This document shows positions 29,431-39,738 of a DNA stretch of 64,000 nt, in pieces. The stretch spans positions 282,639-346,638 of the forward strand of contig CBDCNM010000002.1 of NCBI GenBank assembly GCA_965219385.1. The letters are read 5' to 3'. The notes beneath the pieces are model-generated. The model ran no database searches. It worked only from the letters and a program-made list of their open reading frames with translations, and had not been told where the DNA came from. Origin of the DNA: Candidatus Latescibacterota bacterium (lineage in GTDB: Bacteria > Latescibacterota > UBA2968 > UBA8231). The number at the start of each line of letters is the position of its first letter. The first letter of the stretch is position 1. Made by a program: the position numbers and the translations under genes.

Positions 29431-30369
29431 TCAGAAGCGCAGGCCGGCTGAGAAGCGGTAGATCGCTTCGAGGGCGTCGTGCTGGAGGTAAGCCAGGTCC
29501 AGTTGAAGACGTTTGTGCGGAAGAAGCCCAAAGCCCAGGGCCTGTCTGGCGTCCTCAATCCCCGCTCGTAGAGCTATGATTCTGTACCAGTACTCCACAC
29601 CGACGTTCAAGGGTTTGGTTCCGGATTCATCCACGGCGTCGCCGCCGGCTCTGGAGGCGATACCTAATGTAGCCTGGCCGCCGGCCAGGGGATGAGAATA
29701 GGCCAGGCCCAGCAGCACCGAGGGCCGGATGCTGTCCGTGGTATTGGTGTCCCACGCGATCGGAGTGGTGGTGATATCTCTGATATTGGCGGCCAGGATA
29801 AGGCGAGGGCCGAGGCGGTAGCGCAACCCCAGGTCCAGGCCAAAACCATAGGCACTGCTGAAATTGCCGACGCTGCGGTAGATCAATTTGAGACTGCTCC
29901 CCAGTGACAGGCGGCCGGAGAGGCGATGCCCGGCGGAAAGATAAAGGGCGTAATCGGAACTGTTGAACGTGGAGGAAACCACCGGCCGATTATCCGGTCC
30001 CAGGGCGCTGCCAGGGTCCTGCAAGGTGGTCTCCTTGAGATCGTTGACGCCCACCCGGATCAAGCTGAGAGACAGGCCGTGGATCCGCTTGCCTCTCAGG
30101 GCCAGGGCCAAATAGTCTTGCTGAACCAGGCTCGAGAAACGCTCGGCGTGCATGAGGTGGACCTGGCGCTCTTTGAGGGTGGCCAGTGCAGCGGCATTCC
30201 AGTACCCGGCCGTGGCATCGTCGGCCAGGGCCACGTAGGCACTACCCAGCGCCAGGGCGCGAGCTCCTGTGCCCAGCGCCAGAAACTCCCCGGCATAGCT
30301 GGAAGCCGCGGTCAGGGGCCGGATCAGGAGCATAACCAGACCGGCGGATAGAATGAGATATCGAGGCAT
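29431..30369 (-). CDS. Second PorV/PorQ (UPF0164)-family beta-barrel
   Basis: Signal peptide; EFL..G.GARALALG, AGYWN.A.L, C-terminal RFSAGLRF. Confidence 0.8.
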   Translation of the reverse strand: MPRYLILSAGLVMLLIRPLTAASSYAGEFLALGTGARALALGSAYVALADDATAGYWNAAALATLKERQVHLMHAERFSSLVQQDYLALALRGKRIHGLSLSLIRVGVNDLKETTLQDPGSALGPDNRPVVSSTFNSSDYALYLSAGHRLSGRLSLGSSLKLIYRSVGNFSSAYGFGLDLGLRYRLGPRLILAANIRDITTTPIAWDTNTTDSIRPSVLLGLAYSHPLAGGQATLGIASRAGGDAVDESGTKPLNVGVEYWYRIIALRAGIEDARQALGFGLLPHKRLQLDLAYLQHDALEAIYRFSAGLRF

Positions 30370-30485
30370 ATAACCTGTGAAAATGCGACTGAGATCAAAT
30401 AAAAAATACTAACAGAAGAAACCGGTAGTGTCAAGTGGCACTGCCCTTGAAATCGCCCCAAAATAGCGGTGTAGGATTTGTAGTG

Positions 30486-31826
30486 TTAGGAGATCAGGAC
30501 GATTTGCAGGTCCATGACGTTGGTATTGGTAGGGCCGGTGATAATCAGGTCGTCCAAGGCTTTAAAAAAGGGGTAGGAGTTGTTCTGCTCCAGGTGCTCG
30601 GCAGCGGATAGACCAACTTTGTGTCCACGTTCCACAGTCGTACCATCGGCGAGGGCGCCGGCCGCATCTGTGGGGCCATCGGTGCCGTCGGTGCCGCCGC
30701 TGAGCAAGGTGATATGGTCCCAGCTTTGCAGGCGCAGGGCGGCGGCCAGAGCAAATTCCTGGTTGCGGCCCCCTTTGCCTTGGCCGCGCAAGGTTACGGT
30801 GGTTTCGCCACCGCTGATGATGCAGGCTGGCGTGGGTATGGGTTGGCCCGATGTGAGGATTTCCTGAGCAATCGCTGTGTGGACCGCTGCTACTTCCCTG
30901 GTCTCGCCTTCGATCCGGGACGAAAGCACCAGGGTATGATAGCCGTGGTCCCGGGCGATCTGTTGGGCTGCCGCGATCGCCAGAGCATTGTTGCCAATTA
31001 CCCGGGTCTGGACCCGCTCAAAGCAGGGATCCCCGACTTTAGGAGTCTCTGGAAGTCGTCCCTGAGCTCCAGCCTGGAGGTGTTGGTACACCGCCGTCGG
31101 GAGTTGCTGGCCGAGCTGGTAGCCTTCGAGGATGTCCAGGCAATCCGCAAAACGGGTGGAGTCGGGGTGAGTGGGACCTGAAGCGATGGTATCGAGAGGA
31201 TCTCCGATGACATCTGAAAGCATCAGAGAAACGACCTGAGCGGGAAAGGCCAAACGGGCGAGGTGCCCGCCTTTTGTCCTGGATAGATGCTTGCGGATGG
31301 CATTGATCTCATTGATGGAGGCACCACAGGCCAGGAGCATTTGTGTGGTTTCCTGCTTTTCGGCCAGAGAGATGCCTTCTATGGGAGCGGGCATGAGGGC
31401 GGATCCGCCTCCCGAGAACAGACAGAGGACCAGGGTCTCCTCATCCGTTTCCTGGAGCAGGGAGACCATCCGCTCTGTGCCGGCCACCCCGACCTGATCG
31501 GGTAAGGGGTGGTCGCACTCTGTGGTGGAGATGCGGCTGAGGGGAAGACCATGGTCGTACTTGGTGTTGATGGCACCCGTCGTGATGTGGTCTCCCAGAA
31601 TCTCTTCCACAGCCGCGGCCATGGCCGGCGTGGCCTTGCCGGCGCCTACGACTAGGATTTTGGAAAACTGTCGGAGCGAAAAATCGGCGTCGACAAGCCG
31701 CAGGTGGTCGCCTTCCAGAACCAGTGTACGGGAAATGCAGCGCCGCGGATCGGCTGCTTGCAGACCGGCGCGGAAAATATCGAGGGCATCCTCGCGCCGT
31801 TGTGTCCTTTGAGCAGTTTCTTCCAT
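30486..31826 (-). CDS. Glycerate 2-kinase (GckA/TtuD, MOFRL family)
   Basis: GAGKA, SGGGSAL, SGGETTV, GGRNQE, GTDGTDG, TGPTNTNVMD. Confidence 0.93.
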   Translation of the reverse strand: MEETAQRTQRREDALDIFRAGLQAADPRRCISRTLVLEGDHLRLVDADFSLRQFSKILVVGAGKATPAMAAAVEEILGDHITTGAINTKYDHGLPLSRISTTECDHPLPDQVGVAGTERMVSLLQETDEETLVLCLFSGGGSALMPAPIEGISLAEKQETTQMLLACGASINEINAIRKHLSRTKGGHLARLAFPAQVVSLMLSDVIGDPLDTIASGPTHPDSTRFADCLDILEGYQLGQQLPTAVYQHLQAGAQGRLPETPKVGDPCFERVQTRVIGNNALAIAAAQQIARDHGYHTLVLSSRIEGETREVAAVHTAIAQEILTSGQPIPTPACIISGGETTVTLRGQGKGGRNQEFALAAALRLQSWDHITLLSGGTDGTDGPTDAAGALADGTTVERGHKVGLSAAEHLEQNNSYPFFKALDDLIITGPTNTNVMDLQIVLIS

Positions 31827-31833
31827 TGGAGCT

Positions 31834-32463
31834 TCAGAAACGGCGCATGAGCCCCACTACCTTGCCGGCGATGCGAAAATCCTGGTCGTCGTGGGAGACC
31901 ACAATGGGCTCGAAGGCTTCGTTTTCGGGCAATAGGCGGATACAGGCCGTATCTGGAGCATACCGCTTGACCGTGGCCTCTTCGCCGAGAAGGGCGACGA
32001 CGATATCGCCGTGGTCGGCGTTTTCTTGTTGCCGGGCGAGTACAATATCGCCTTCGAGAATACCTGCGTCTTTCATGCTTTCGCCGTGTACCTTCAAGGC
32101 AAAGGTAGTGCCAGAGGCCGGCAACAAGGACTGATCTACCTGCATGGTACTCTCGATATTCTGGGTTGCCAGGATGGGTTCGCCAGCTGCTACCCGCCCG
32201 ATCAACGGCACGTCGCAGATATTCTCGGAAAGGTGCTCGCGTTCGACGTAGTCGGCCAGTTCAATTCCTCTGGATAGTCGCGCATGACGGCGGATATGTC
32301 CTTTTTTTTCCAGCGCGGCCAGGGTGGTGCGCACCCCATTGGTGGAATTGATATCAAAGACCTCCATAATCTCCCGGATCGTGGGTGGTGCGCCCCGGGA
32401 TTTAATGGTCTGGGCAATAAACTCGAATATGGCTTGTTGGCGTTCAGTCAATGGCTTGCGCAT
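31834..32463 (-). CDS. lexA: SOS repressor LexA
   Basis: LTERQ, PPTIREI, VAAG cleavage site, GESM (Ser), ATVKR (Lys). Confidence 0.96.
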   Translation of the reverse strand: MRKPLTERQQAIFEFIAQTIKSRGAPPTIREIMEVFDINSTNGVRTTLAALEKKGHIRRHARLSRGIELADYVEREHLSENICDVPLIGRVAAGEPILATQNIESTMQVDQSLLPASGTTFALKVHGESMKDAGILEGDIVLARQQENADHGDIVVALLGEEATVKRYAPDTACIRLLPENEAFEPIVVSHDDQDFRIAGKVVGLMRRF

Positions 32464-32510
32464 GGGTATTTGCCTCCGGAATGCACGATGGGAAAAGATC
32501 AACCACTGCT

Positions 32511-32543
32511 AATATATATACTGCACATTAGTTCATTTGTCAA
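32511..32543 (-). promoter_or_regulatory. lexA sigma70 promoter with a putative SOS box in the spacer
   Basis: TTGACA at 32543-32538 and a TA-rich -10 region ~17 nt later; TGCAC-ATTA-GTTCA at 32522-32535 is one mismatch from TGAAC-N4-GTTCA. Confidence 0.65.
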
Positions 32544-32931
32544 GATAAAATTCGTGCTTTTATCTCGAAGCGAGAGTTTTTAACTATGGGGTTATCACCG
32601 TTAAAGGAGTTCGATCCTGGCCCCTGATCAATCGCCGCATGGTGGGAGTGCGCCTGAAAGAGAGCATCATAAAACGCCAGAAGCACAAACCCCGCCCGGC
32701 CGTCGATTCCGTGCAATACTGATACTCGTTCCAGCGCGATGGGTAGGGTGGAACTCTGCCCGATCTGACTCGTCCATTAATCTAGCGCCGTCTCCCAACC
32801 CTCGCTGGCAGCCTTTGGCCCACCGGAATTTTAAGACGGTTTCTCAGGTACTCAGTACTTCACCAATACTGTGGACATTTTTTGTAACCTATTGTTTTCT
32901 ATGAATTTAAGAAATTTATAGTCGAAATGGA

Positions 32932-32956
32932 TAATTTGTTGATTTTTAACAACTTA
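32932..32956. promoter_or_regulatory. IHF-consensus-like site within an imperfect palindrome
   Basis: Minus-strand AATCAACAAATTA matches WATCAANNNNTTR. Confidence 0.4.
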
Positions 32957-33001
32957 GGAAAGTAACGTTTCCCGAATCAGGCTGAAATCGCAAAAAGTGT
33001 C

Positions 33002-33015
33002 TGAACTATTGTTCA
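33002..33015. promoter_or_regulatory. Putative LexA box upstream of tilS
   Basis: TGAAC-TATT-GTTCA with perfect 5-bp arms. Confidence 0.55.
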
Positions 33016-33099
33016 CTAGATACCGTAAATATTTGGACCTCGAGCCCCGCCCGGCGATTCCGTCAAGTACTGATACTGTAAGGAGATGCCGAAATCTCG

Positions 33100-34521
33100 G
33101 TGCATAGAAAAAGAAAAGGGCCCACGGTCGCCGGGATACTGGAACAGGTGCAAGATTTGTTGCGGCAAGCCGCTATTCTAACGGCGGGCGAAAAGGTCAT
33201 TGTGGCGGTTTCCGGTGGGGTCGATTCAATGGTGTTGCTGGACGTTATGGAGCGCCTTTCCAGGAAACTGGAGGTTGAGCTCCACCTCGCTCATCTCGAC
33301 CACCAGCTGCGCCCGGACTCAGCGGCTGATGCCGACTTTGTAGAAGAGGTCGCCCGCCAACGCGGCCTTGCCTGCACCCGGGGCCGGGTGGATGTAGCCC
33401 TGTGCGCCCGCCAGCAGGGCATGTCCCTCGAAGAGGCCGGGCGCTGGTTGCGCTACCAGTTCTTCGACCAGGTGGCACTGGAGCAGGGCAGTGAGAAAAT
33501 CGCCCTGGGGCACCACGCCGGCGACCAGGCGGAAACCCTGCTCTTGCGCCTCTTGCGCGGCAGTGGAACGGGTGGATTGGGGGCCATGGAGGTGGTGCGG
33601 GAGGGGCGCTATCTGAGGCCTTTGCTGGGTTGTCAACGCTCTGCAATTGAGGCTTATGCCAGAGCCGGCTGCATCGAGTTCCGGGAAGACATTTCCAACC
33701 AGGACCTGCGTTTTGTCCGCAATCGGATCCGCGGCGAATTAATCCCCTACCTGCAACAGCACTACAACGCCAATATCATCCAGGTACTGGGGCGCACGGC
33801 ACAAATCCTCAAAGACGAGGATCGATTCTTGGTTGAACTGGTAGGGGAGGCCTTGAGCGCGGCGGTTTGCGAGAGGGATGCGCGCAAGATAATCCTTGAT
33901 GTCGAGCAATTTCTGAATTATCATATAGCTATACAAAGAAGGATCGTAAAAACGCTGCTTCAGGGCCTTTCCGAGCAAGAAGGGCCTTTTGATTTTGTCC
34001 GTATTGAAGCAGTCCTGGCCTTGTTGAAACAAGGCTCCGGCTCCGGCGTGCATCAGATCGGCTCGGGTTTGCGGGCACAGCACGCTGGGAACCGTTTTAT
34101 TTTTTACAAGGGACATCCATCTCCTGTAGATTTAGAGGTCCGGATTCCGGGAGCAATCAGAATCCCCTCGCACGGCTTGTCGGTGACAGCCCGATTATTG
34201 CCTGTCCGGGTTTTTCCCAAGTTAAAATCCAGTCTGGGAAAAGGGCGAGCAGCCTTTGACGCCGACCTGGTCGGTACGCACTTACAAGTGCGCAGCCCGC
34301 GGCCTGGAGATCGGTTTCAGCCTCTGGGTATGGAGGGTCACAAAAAACTGAGCGATTTTCTCATCGACCACAAATGGCCTCGCATCCTGCGGGATGAAGT
34401 CCTGTTGTTGGCGCGGGACGACGAGATCGTCTGGGTGGCTGGTCTGCGCCCCGATCACCGCTTCCGGATCAGCGGTGCCACCAAAAAGATCGCACTTGTG
34501 GAACTGAGCCAGACTGACTGA
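33100..34521 (+). CDS. tilS: tRNA(Ile)-lysidine synthetase
   Basis: AVSGGVDSMVL, GHHAGDQAET, RNRIR, KKLSDFLID; start codon uncertain. Confidence 0.96.
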   Translation: MHRKRKGPTVAGILEQVQDLLRQAAILTAGEKVIVAVSGGVDSMVLLDVMERLSRKLEVELHLAHLDHQLRPDSAADADFVEEVARQRGLACTRGRVDVALCARQQGMSLEEAGRWLRYQFFDQVALEQGSEKIALGHHAGDQAETLLLRLLRGSGTGGLGAMEVVREGRYLRPLLGCQRSAIEAYARAGCIEFREDISNQDLRFVRNRIRGELIPYLQQHYNANIIQVLGRTAQILKDEDRFLVELVGEALSAAVCERDARKIILDVEQFLNYHIAIQRRIVKTLLQGLSEQEGPFDFVRIEAVLALLKQGSGSGVHQIGSGLRAQHAGNRFIFYKGHPSPVDLEVRIPGAIRIPSHGLSVTARLLPVRVFPKLKSSLGKGRAAFDADLVGTHLQVRSPRPGDRFQPLGMEGHKKLSDFLIDHKWPRILRDEVLLLARDDEIVWVAGLRPDHRFRISGATKKIALVELSQTD

Positions 34522-34543
34522 CGGACCTATAAAGAGCAGAAAC

Positions 34544-36574
34544 ATGGAAAAACGAGAAGAGACCAATACCGAGCGCGAAGAAACCGAGGGAGAAGAAAAC
34601 CAGCTGGGGGCACCCGGGCCTGTGCAGGGTGGGAACGAGCCGGACAACCAGGACCTGAAGAACAATGGTCAAAGGCCAGAGGAGAAAAGCCGCCTGCGCT
34701 GGCGTCGGCCCTCTAGGTCGGTCGCATTCTGGATCTTCTTCATTTTAATCGTGATCTTTGCAGGTCGTTTCCTCGGGAGTTTGCCATCCGAGGCCGATAA
34801 AATCACCCATAACAGATACGAAGAATACCTCAGAAACGGCGATATCGCAACGGCCTATATCATTGCCGGTGAAAACGCCGAATTCCACGGTAGTTTGCGA
34901 GACGGTAGAAAATTTGTGGTCAATCTGGGACCGATCGATTCGGCGGACAAGCGCGAGTGGGAGGAGGTGGGGCTCGAATTCGAGTTCAAAGAAAAGCCTT
35001 TCCAATGGTATAACCTGCTGTTCAGTTTTCTGCCTTGGTTGCTGTTTATCGGGTTCTGGATTTTTATGTTGCGCCAGATGCAGGGAGGCCCCAGGGGCCT
35101 GTTTTCTTTTGGCAAAAGCCGGGCCAAGCTGCTGATGGAGGACAAGAAAAAGACCACCTTCAAGGATGTGGCCGGGGCCGATGACGCCAAACAAGAGCTG
35201 CAAGAAATCATCGAATTTCTCAAAGATCCCAAAAAGTTTCAGCGCCTTGGGGGACGCATCCCCAAAGGGGTGCTGATGGTGGGGTACCCAGGCACCGGGA
35301 AAACCCATTTGGCCCGGGCGGTCGCCGGCGAGGCGGGTGTGCCTTTTTTCAGTATCAGCGGTTCGGATTTCGTCGAGATGTTCGTCGGCGTGGGCGCCTC
35401 CCGGGTGCGCGATTTATTTGAGCAGGGCAAGGCCAGCGCCCCCTGCATCATCTTCATTGACGAAATCGATGCGGTGGGGCGGCATCGCGGGGCCGGCATC
35501 GGGGGGGGGCACGACGAACGCGAGCAGACCCTCAACCAGTTGCTGGTGGAAATGGACGGGTTCGAGTCCAACGATGGAGTGATCCTGGTTGCTGCCACCA
35601 ATCGTCCGGATGTGCTCGACCCCGCCTTGTTGCGGCCCGGTCGCTTCGACCGCAGGGTCGTGGTAAACCTGCCGGATGTGCGAGGCCGCGAAGGCATCCT
35701 CAAGGTGCACTCGCGCCAGATGCCGCTGGCGGCCGATGTGGATTTGAAGCGCGTAGCCCAGGGGAGCCCGGGACTGTCCGGGGCGGATCTGGAAAATCTG
35801 GTTAACGAGGCGGCCCTGATGGCCTCGCGGAGCAATCGCGATGAGGTGACCATGGCCGATATGGAGAATGCCAAGGACAAGGTCATGATGGGGGCCGAAC
35901 GCAAGAGTCTGGCCATGTCGGACGAAGAGAAAAAGAACACGGCTTACCACGAGGCCGGTCATGCGCTGGTGGCCAAGCTGGTACCTGGAGCGGCCCCCAT
36001 CAACAAAGCCACCATCATTCCACGTGGTCAGGCTCTGGGCATGGTCTCCTACCTGGAGGAGGAGATGCATATGGTTTCGGTCACGGAGACCAAGCTAAGG
36101 GCCCACCTGGCCACGGGATTGGCAGGGCGTTGCGCCGAGAAGCTGGTTTTCGGAGAGTTGACACCTGGAGCGCAAAACGATTACAAACAGGTAACTTCCC
36201 GGGCGCGAGCCATGGTTTGTGAGTGGGGGATGAACAAGGAGTTGGGGCCGCTGTCCTTTGGCAGTGACGACGACGAGGTTTTTCTGGGTAAGGAATTTAC
36301 CCGGACCCGAAACTTCAGCGAGCAAACCGCCCAGGCCATTGATCAGGAAATCAAGGAGTTGGTGCTCGAGGCAGAGCAGACAGCCAGTGATCTGCTGAAG
36401 AAAAACCAGGATAAGCTGCATGTACTGGCGCAAGCCCTGCTCGAATACGAGGTCCTGGACGATGGTGAAATCGACCGCATCCTGGCCGGAGAAAGCCTTG
36501 CACGCGAGGGCCCCCAAGCCGCCTTTGAAGGAGGGGACGGCCCTGGGGCCGAGGCCGAGGAAGAGAGTGCATGA
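34544..36574 (+). CDS. ftsH: ATP-dependent zinc metalloprotease FtsH
   Basis: [33 protein letters not shown]. Confidence 0.98.
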   Translation: MEKREETNTEREETEGEENQLGAPGPVQGGNEPDNQDLKNNGQRPEEKSRLRWRRPSRSVAFWIFFILIVIFAGRFLGSLPSEADKITHNRYEEYLRNGDIATAYIIAGENAEFHGSLRDGRKFVVNLGPIDSADKREWEEVGLEFEFKEKPFQWYNLLFSFLPWLLFIGFWIFMLRQMQGGPRGLFSFGKSRAKLLMEDKKKTTFKDVAGADDAKQELQEIIEFLKDPKKFQRLGGRIPKGVLMVGYPGTGKTHLARAVAGEAGVPFFSISGSDFVEMFVGVGASRVRDLFEQGKASAPCIIFIDEIDAVGRHRGAGIGGGHDEREQTLNQLLVEMDGFESNDGVILVAATNRPDVLDPALLRPGRFDRRVVVNLPDVRGREGILKVHSRQMPLAADVDLKRVAQGSPGLSGADLENLVNEAALMASRSNRDEVTMADMENAKDKVMMGAERKSLAMSDEEKKNTAYHEAGHALVAKLVPGAAPINKATIIPRGQALGMVSYLEEEMHMVSVTETKLRAHLATGLAGRCAEKLVFGELTPGAQNDYKQVTSRARAMVCEWGMNKELGPLSFGSDDDEVFLGKEFTRTRNFSEQTAQAIDQEIKELVLEAEQTASDLLKKNQDKLHVLAQALLEYEVLDDGEIDRILAGESLAREGPQAAFEGGDGPGAEAEEESA

Positions 36575-37455
36575 TCTGGGAACTGGGTGCAGGGACGCTC
36601 GATTTTACTGCCCGCGTGCAGATCATGGGCATCCTGAACGTGACCCCCGATTCCTTCTTTGACGGTGGACGGTATGCAAAACGACAAGCCGCGGTCGAAC
36701 GCGGGTTGCAGATGGTGGAGGAAGGCGCTGATATCATCGACATAGGAGGGGAATCGTCGCGTCCCCCCCTGTACGGAGGAGGGGATCGGGTGCCGCTCGC
36801 AGAGGAGTGTCGAAGGGTGGTGCCCGTTGTGGAGGAATTATGCCGGCACTGCAGCATCCCGATTTCCGTGGATACTACCAAGGCCGAGGTGGCTCGCCAG
36901 GCCCTGCAGGCCGGTGGCGCCATCATCAACGATATCAGCGCCTTGCAAGAGGATGCTGGAATGATTGAGGTGGCCGCGACGAACAAGGCCGCGGTAATCC
37001 TCATGCACCGGCGTGGAAGCTCCGCAACCATGCAGCAGAATACCCACTACGAGGATCTGCTGGGGGAGCTAAAGGATTTTCTGGCAGCTCGGCTTGAAGT
37101 GGCGCGGGCCGGGGGTATAGCGCCCGGCCGGATTGCCGTGGATCCAGGTATTGGCTTTGGTAAATCGATTGAAGGCAATCTCGAGATCATCCGCCACCTG
37201 GGGGTCTTTGCCGAATTGGGTTGTCCTGTCCTCGTCGGTGCCTCGCGCAAGTCGTTCATCTGGAAGAGTCAGGGGTTGGCCGTCCACGAAAGCCTGGAGG
37301 GCAGTCTGGCTGTCGCGGTTCTGAGCGTGGTAGGTGGGGCCCATATTCTAAGGGTGCACGATGTCGGGGAGACCGTGCGGGCGGTGCGTTTAACCGAGGC
37401 GATCGCGCCGCGCGGTGAAACGGTTGCTTTTAGAGGATCCGACGAACGGTGTTAG
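36571..37455 (+). CDS. folP: Dihydropteroate synthase
   Basis: MGILNVTPDSF, DIGGES.RP, DPGIGFGK, SRKSFI, RVHDV. Confidence 0.97.
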   Translation: MIWELGAGTLDFTARVQIMGILNVTPDSFFDGGRYAKRQAAVERGLQMVEEGADIIDIGGESSRPPLYGGGDRVPLAEECRRVVPVVEELCRHCSIPISVDTTKAEVARQALQAGGAIINDISALQEDAGMIEVAATNKAAVILMHRRGSSATMQQNTHYEDLLGELKDFLAARLEVARAGGIAPGRIAVDPGIGFGKSIEGNLEIIRHLGVFAELGCPVLVGASRKSFIWKSQGLAVHESLEGSLAVAVLSVVGGAHILRVHDVGETVRAVRLTEAIAPRGETVAFRGSDERC

Positions 37456-38264
37456 AAGACAGGCTCACCTTATTCCATCTCGATTTCATTCCGGTTTCGC
37501 TCATCTCCATTATCGATATCCTGATCGTCTCATTTGTCTTTTACCAGCTGCTCAGGCTCATCCGGGGCAGCCGGGCGGCGCAGATCCTGGTAGGTCTGTT
37601 TGTGGTGGTGATTGTGGCCATAGCCGCTCCCTGGCTGAAGATGCAGGCCCTGTCCTGGCTGCTGACACAGGTGCAGCCGATTCTCTTGATCTTGCTGGTG
37701 ATCTTGTTTCAGCCCGAACTGCGCCGGATCCTGTCCGTGCTCGGCCAGAGTCCGGTGGTGCGCTGGTTTTACAAAACCGAACCTACCCGGGTCATCGACG
37801 AAGTGGTAACCGGGGTGGAGCAATTGGCGGAGATGGGGTATGGAGCGCTCATCGTCCTGGCCCGCGAGGTGGGCCTGGGCCCCATCGTGGCCAGCGGCGT
37901 ACAGATCAATGCCCAGGTTTCGGCGGATCTTCTGACCACCATATTCACCCCGCGTTCCTCTTTGCACGATCAGGCGGTTATCATTCAGGGCGAGACCCTG
38001 GTTGCCGCACGCTGCACCTTGCCGCTGGCCGAAGATGTCGAGGACCAGCGTCTGGGGACCCGGCACCGGGCGGCTCTGGGCCTGTCGCAGGAGTCGGATG
38101 CTGTGACCATAGTGATATCGGAAGAGAGCCGGGCGGTTTCTCTGGCCATTGGCGGCGTACTGGTAAGGAGGTTGGATAGCAGGGATTTGAAACAACGTCT
38201 GGCCGAACATCTGACCCCTGGAGAGGGGAATATCCCGGTGACAGCGGCAGAAGAAGAGGTTTGA
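37449..38264 (+). CDS. cdaA: Membrane diadenylate cyclase CdaA (DisA_N), with DQA in place of DGA
   Basis: Three TM segments, FQPELRR, LHD(Q)AVII, LGTRHRAA, ISEE. Confidence 0.9.
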   Translation: MLEDRLTLFHLDFIPVSLISIIDILIVSFVFYQLLRLIRGSRAAQILVGLFVVVIVAIAAPWLKMQALSWLLTQVQPILLILLVILFQPELRRILSVLGQSPVVRWFYKTEPTRVIDEVVTGVEQLAEMGYGALIVLAREVGLGPIVASGVQINAQVSADLLTTIFTPRSSLHDQAVIIQGETLVAARCTLPLAEDVEDQRLGTRHRAALGLSQESDAVTIVISEESRAVSLAIGGVLVRRLDSRDLKQRLAEHLTPGEGNIPVTAAEEEV

Positions 38265-38283
38265 AGGAGGGTGGTCCCGACTC

Positions 38284-38349
38284 TTGACAGGGCCTGAAAT
38301 ACGCTGTATATTACAATATTTATTCGATTAAAACGAATAAATATTTATT
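38284..38349 (+). promoter_or_regulatory. argR operon promoter with tandem ARG boxes
   Basis: TTGACA-17 nt-TATATT (38284-38312); 18-bp boxes at 38311-38328 and 38332-38349 separated by 3 bp. Confidence 0.75.
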
Positions 38350-38362
38350 TTGGGACTATTGA

Positions 38363-38830
38363 ATGCACAGCAAGCAAGCCCGTCAGGCCAGGATTAGGGA
38401 ACTGCTTCTCGAAGAGGTCATCGACACTCACGAAAAACTTGCAAGGTTCCTGCAAGGCCAGCAAATCGAGGTCAGTCAGTCCACCCTCTCAAAGGACCTG
38501 AGGGAATTGGGTGTGGTGCGGATGCCCCGTCCCGATGGGGGCTTCCGCTACACCGTGCCCGAGGCGGGAGCCACCCTCAAAGACCAGCACATTCTAGAGC
38601 GGGAACTGCGGGATTATCTGGTGCAGGTGGACCGTGCCCAGAACATGATCGTGGTGAAAACTCTTTCCGGTCATGCCCAGAGTGTATGCGAGGCCATCGA
38701 CCGGACCGGCTGGCCCGAAATCATGGGAACCATCGCAGGGGAAAACACCATCTTCATTCTCACCAAAACCTCGGAGAAGTCCGCAGTGGTGATAAAATAC
38801 CTGGTGGAGATCAGCGGAGAGAGTGTTTAA
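38363..38830 (+). CDS. argR: Arginine repressor
   Basis: VSQSTLSKDLREL, GTIAGENTI. Confidence 0.95.
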   Translation: MHSKQARQARIRELLLEEVIDTHEKLARFLQGQQIEVSQSTLSKDLRELGVVRMPRPDGGFRYTVPEAGATLKDQHILERELRDYLVQVDRAQNMIVVKTLSGHAQSVCEAIDRTGWPEIMGTIAGENTIFILTKTSEKSAVVIKYLVEISGESV

Positions 38831-38841
38831 ACATTGTTGGA

Positions 38842-39723
38842 ATGAATACCCTGAGGGAATACATCGACAAGGCGGCCGTGCTCATCGAGGCGCTCCCCTA
38901 TATCCAGGCTTTTCGCGGCAAGATCGTGGTGGTGAAGTACGGGGGCAGTACCATGAGCGGGGACAATCAGGCCGATACCGTGCTAAAGAACCTGGTCTTT
39001 ATGGAGACCGTCGGCATGAAGCCGATCATCGTCCACGGCGGTGGTGCGGCCATTGACCGTCGACTCGGGGAAACAGGAGTAGAAACCAGACGGGTAAATG
39101 GCCTGAGGGTGACGGATGCGGCCGCTATGAAAGTGGTTGAAGAGACCTTGTTCGGGGAGGTGAACGCCGGCCTCGTCGAGGAGATCAACCAGCTGGGGGG
39201 CGGGGCCATCGGGGTATCGGCCAAGGAAGCCGGCGTCATGCACGTGCGCAAACACATGGCTCAGACTCCGGAGGGTGAGGTGGACCTTGGTTTCGTGGGC
39301 GCTGTGGAACGGATCAATGCCGCTCCCATAGTGGATTTGATCCACGCCGGCATGCTGCCGGTCGTGGCCCCGATCGGTCGCGGTCCCCAGGGCGAGAGTT
39401 ACAATGTCAATGCCGATACGGCGGCCGGCGAGATCGCCGCGGCCCTTCATGCGGAGAAGCTGGTTTTTCTCACGGATGTGAAGGGTATCATGCGCGATCC
39501 AGCCGATGAAGATACCTTGTTGTCCACGGTGCATGTAAAGGAAGTGGACGAACTCATTGAAGATGGGACAATTGAGGGCGGCATGATCCCGAAAGTCGGA
39601 GCCTGCGTCAAATCAGTAAAGGCCGGAGTGCGCAAAACCCACGTCATCGACGGGCGCATTCCACACTCGATGTTGCTGGAGCTTTTTACCGACGAAGGTA
39701 TAGGAACCCAGATCGTTCAGTAG
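38842..39723 (+). CDS. argB: Acetylglutamate kinase
   Basis: EALPYI, VKYGG, VHGGG, NVNAD, GGMIPK. Confidence 0.97.
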   Translation: MNTLREYIDKAAVLIEALPYIQAFRGKIVVVKYGGSTMSGDNQADTVLKNLVFMETVGMKPIIVHGGGAAIDRRLGETGVETRRVNGLRVTDAAAMKVVEETLFGEVNAGLVEEINQLGGGAIGVSAKEAGVMHVRKHMAQTPEGEVDLGFVGAVERINAAPIVDLIHAGMLPVVAPIGRGPQGESYNVNADTAAGEIAAALHAEKLVFLTDVKGIMRDPADEDTLLSTVHVKEVDELIEDGTIEGGMIPKVGACVKSVKAGVRKTHVIDGRIPHSMLLELFTDEGIGTQIVQ

Positions 39724-39738
39724 GACGGAGGAAGACCA

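Noticed and set aside
32640..32860. Glycine-riboswitch-like CTCAGG / TTTCAGG words
   Set aside because: The required GGAGA...CCGAAG elements are absent on both strands and the context does not fit.
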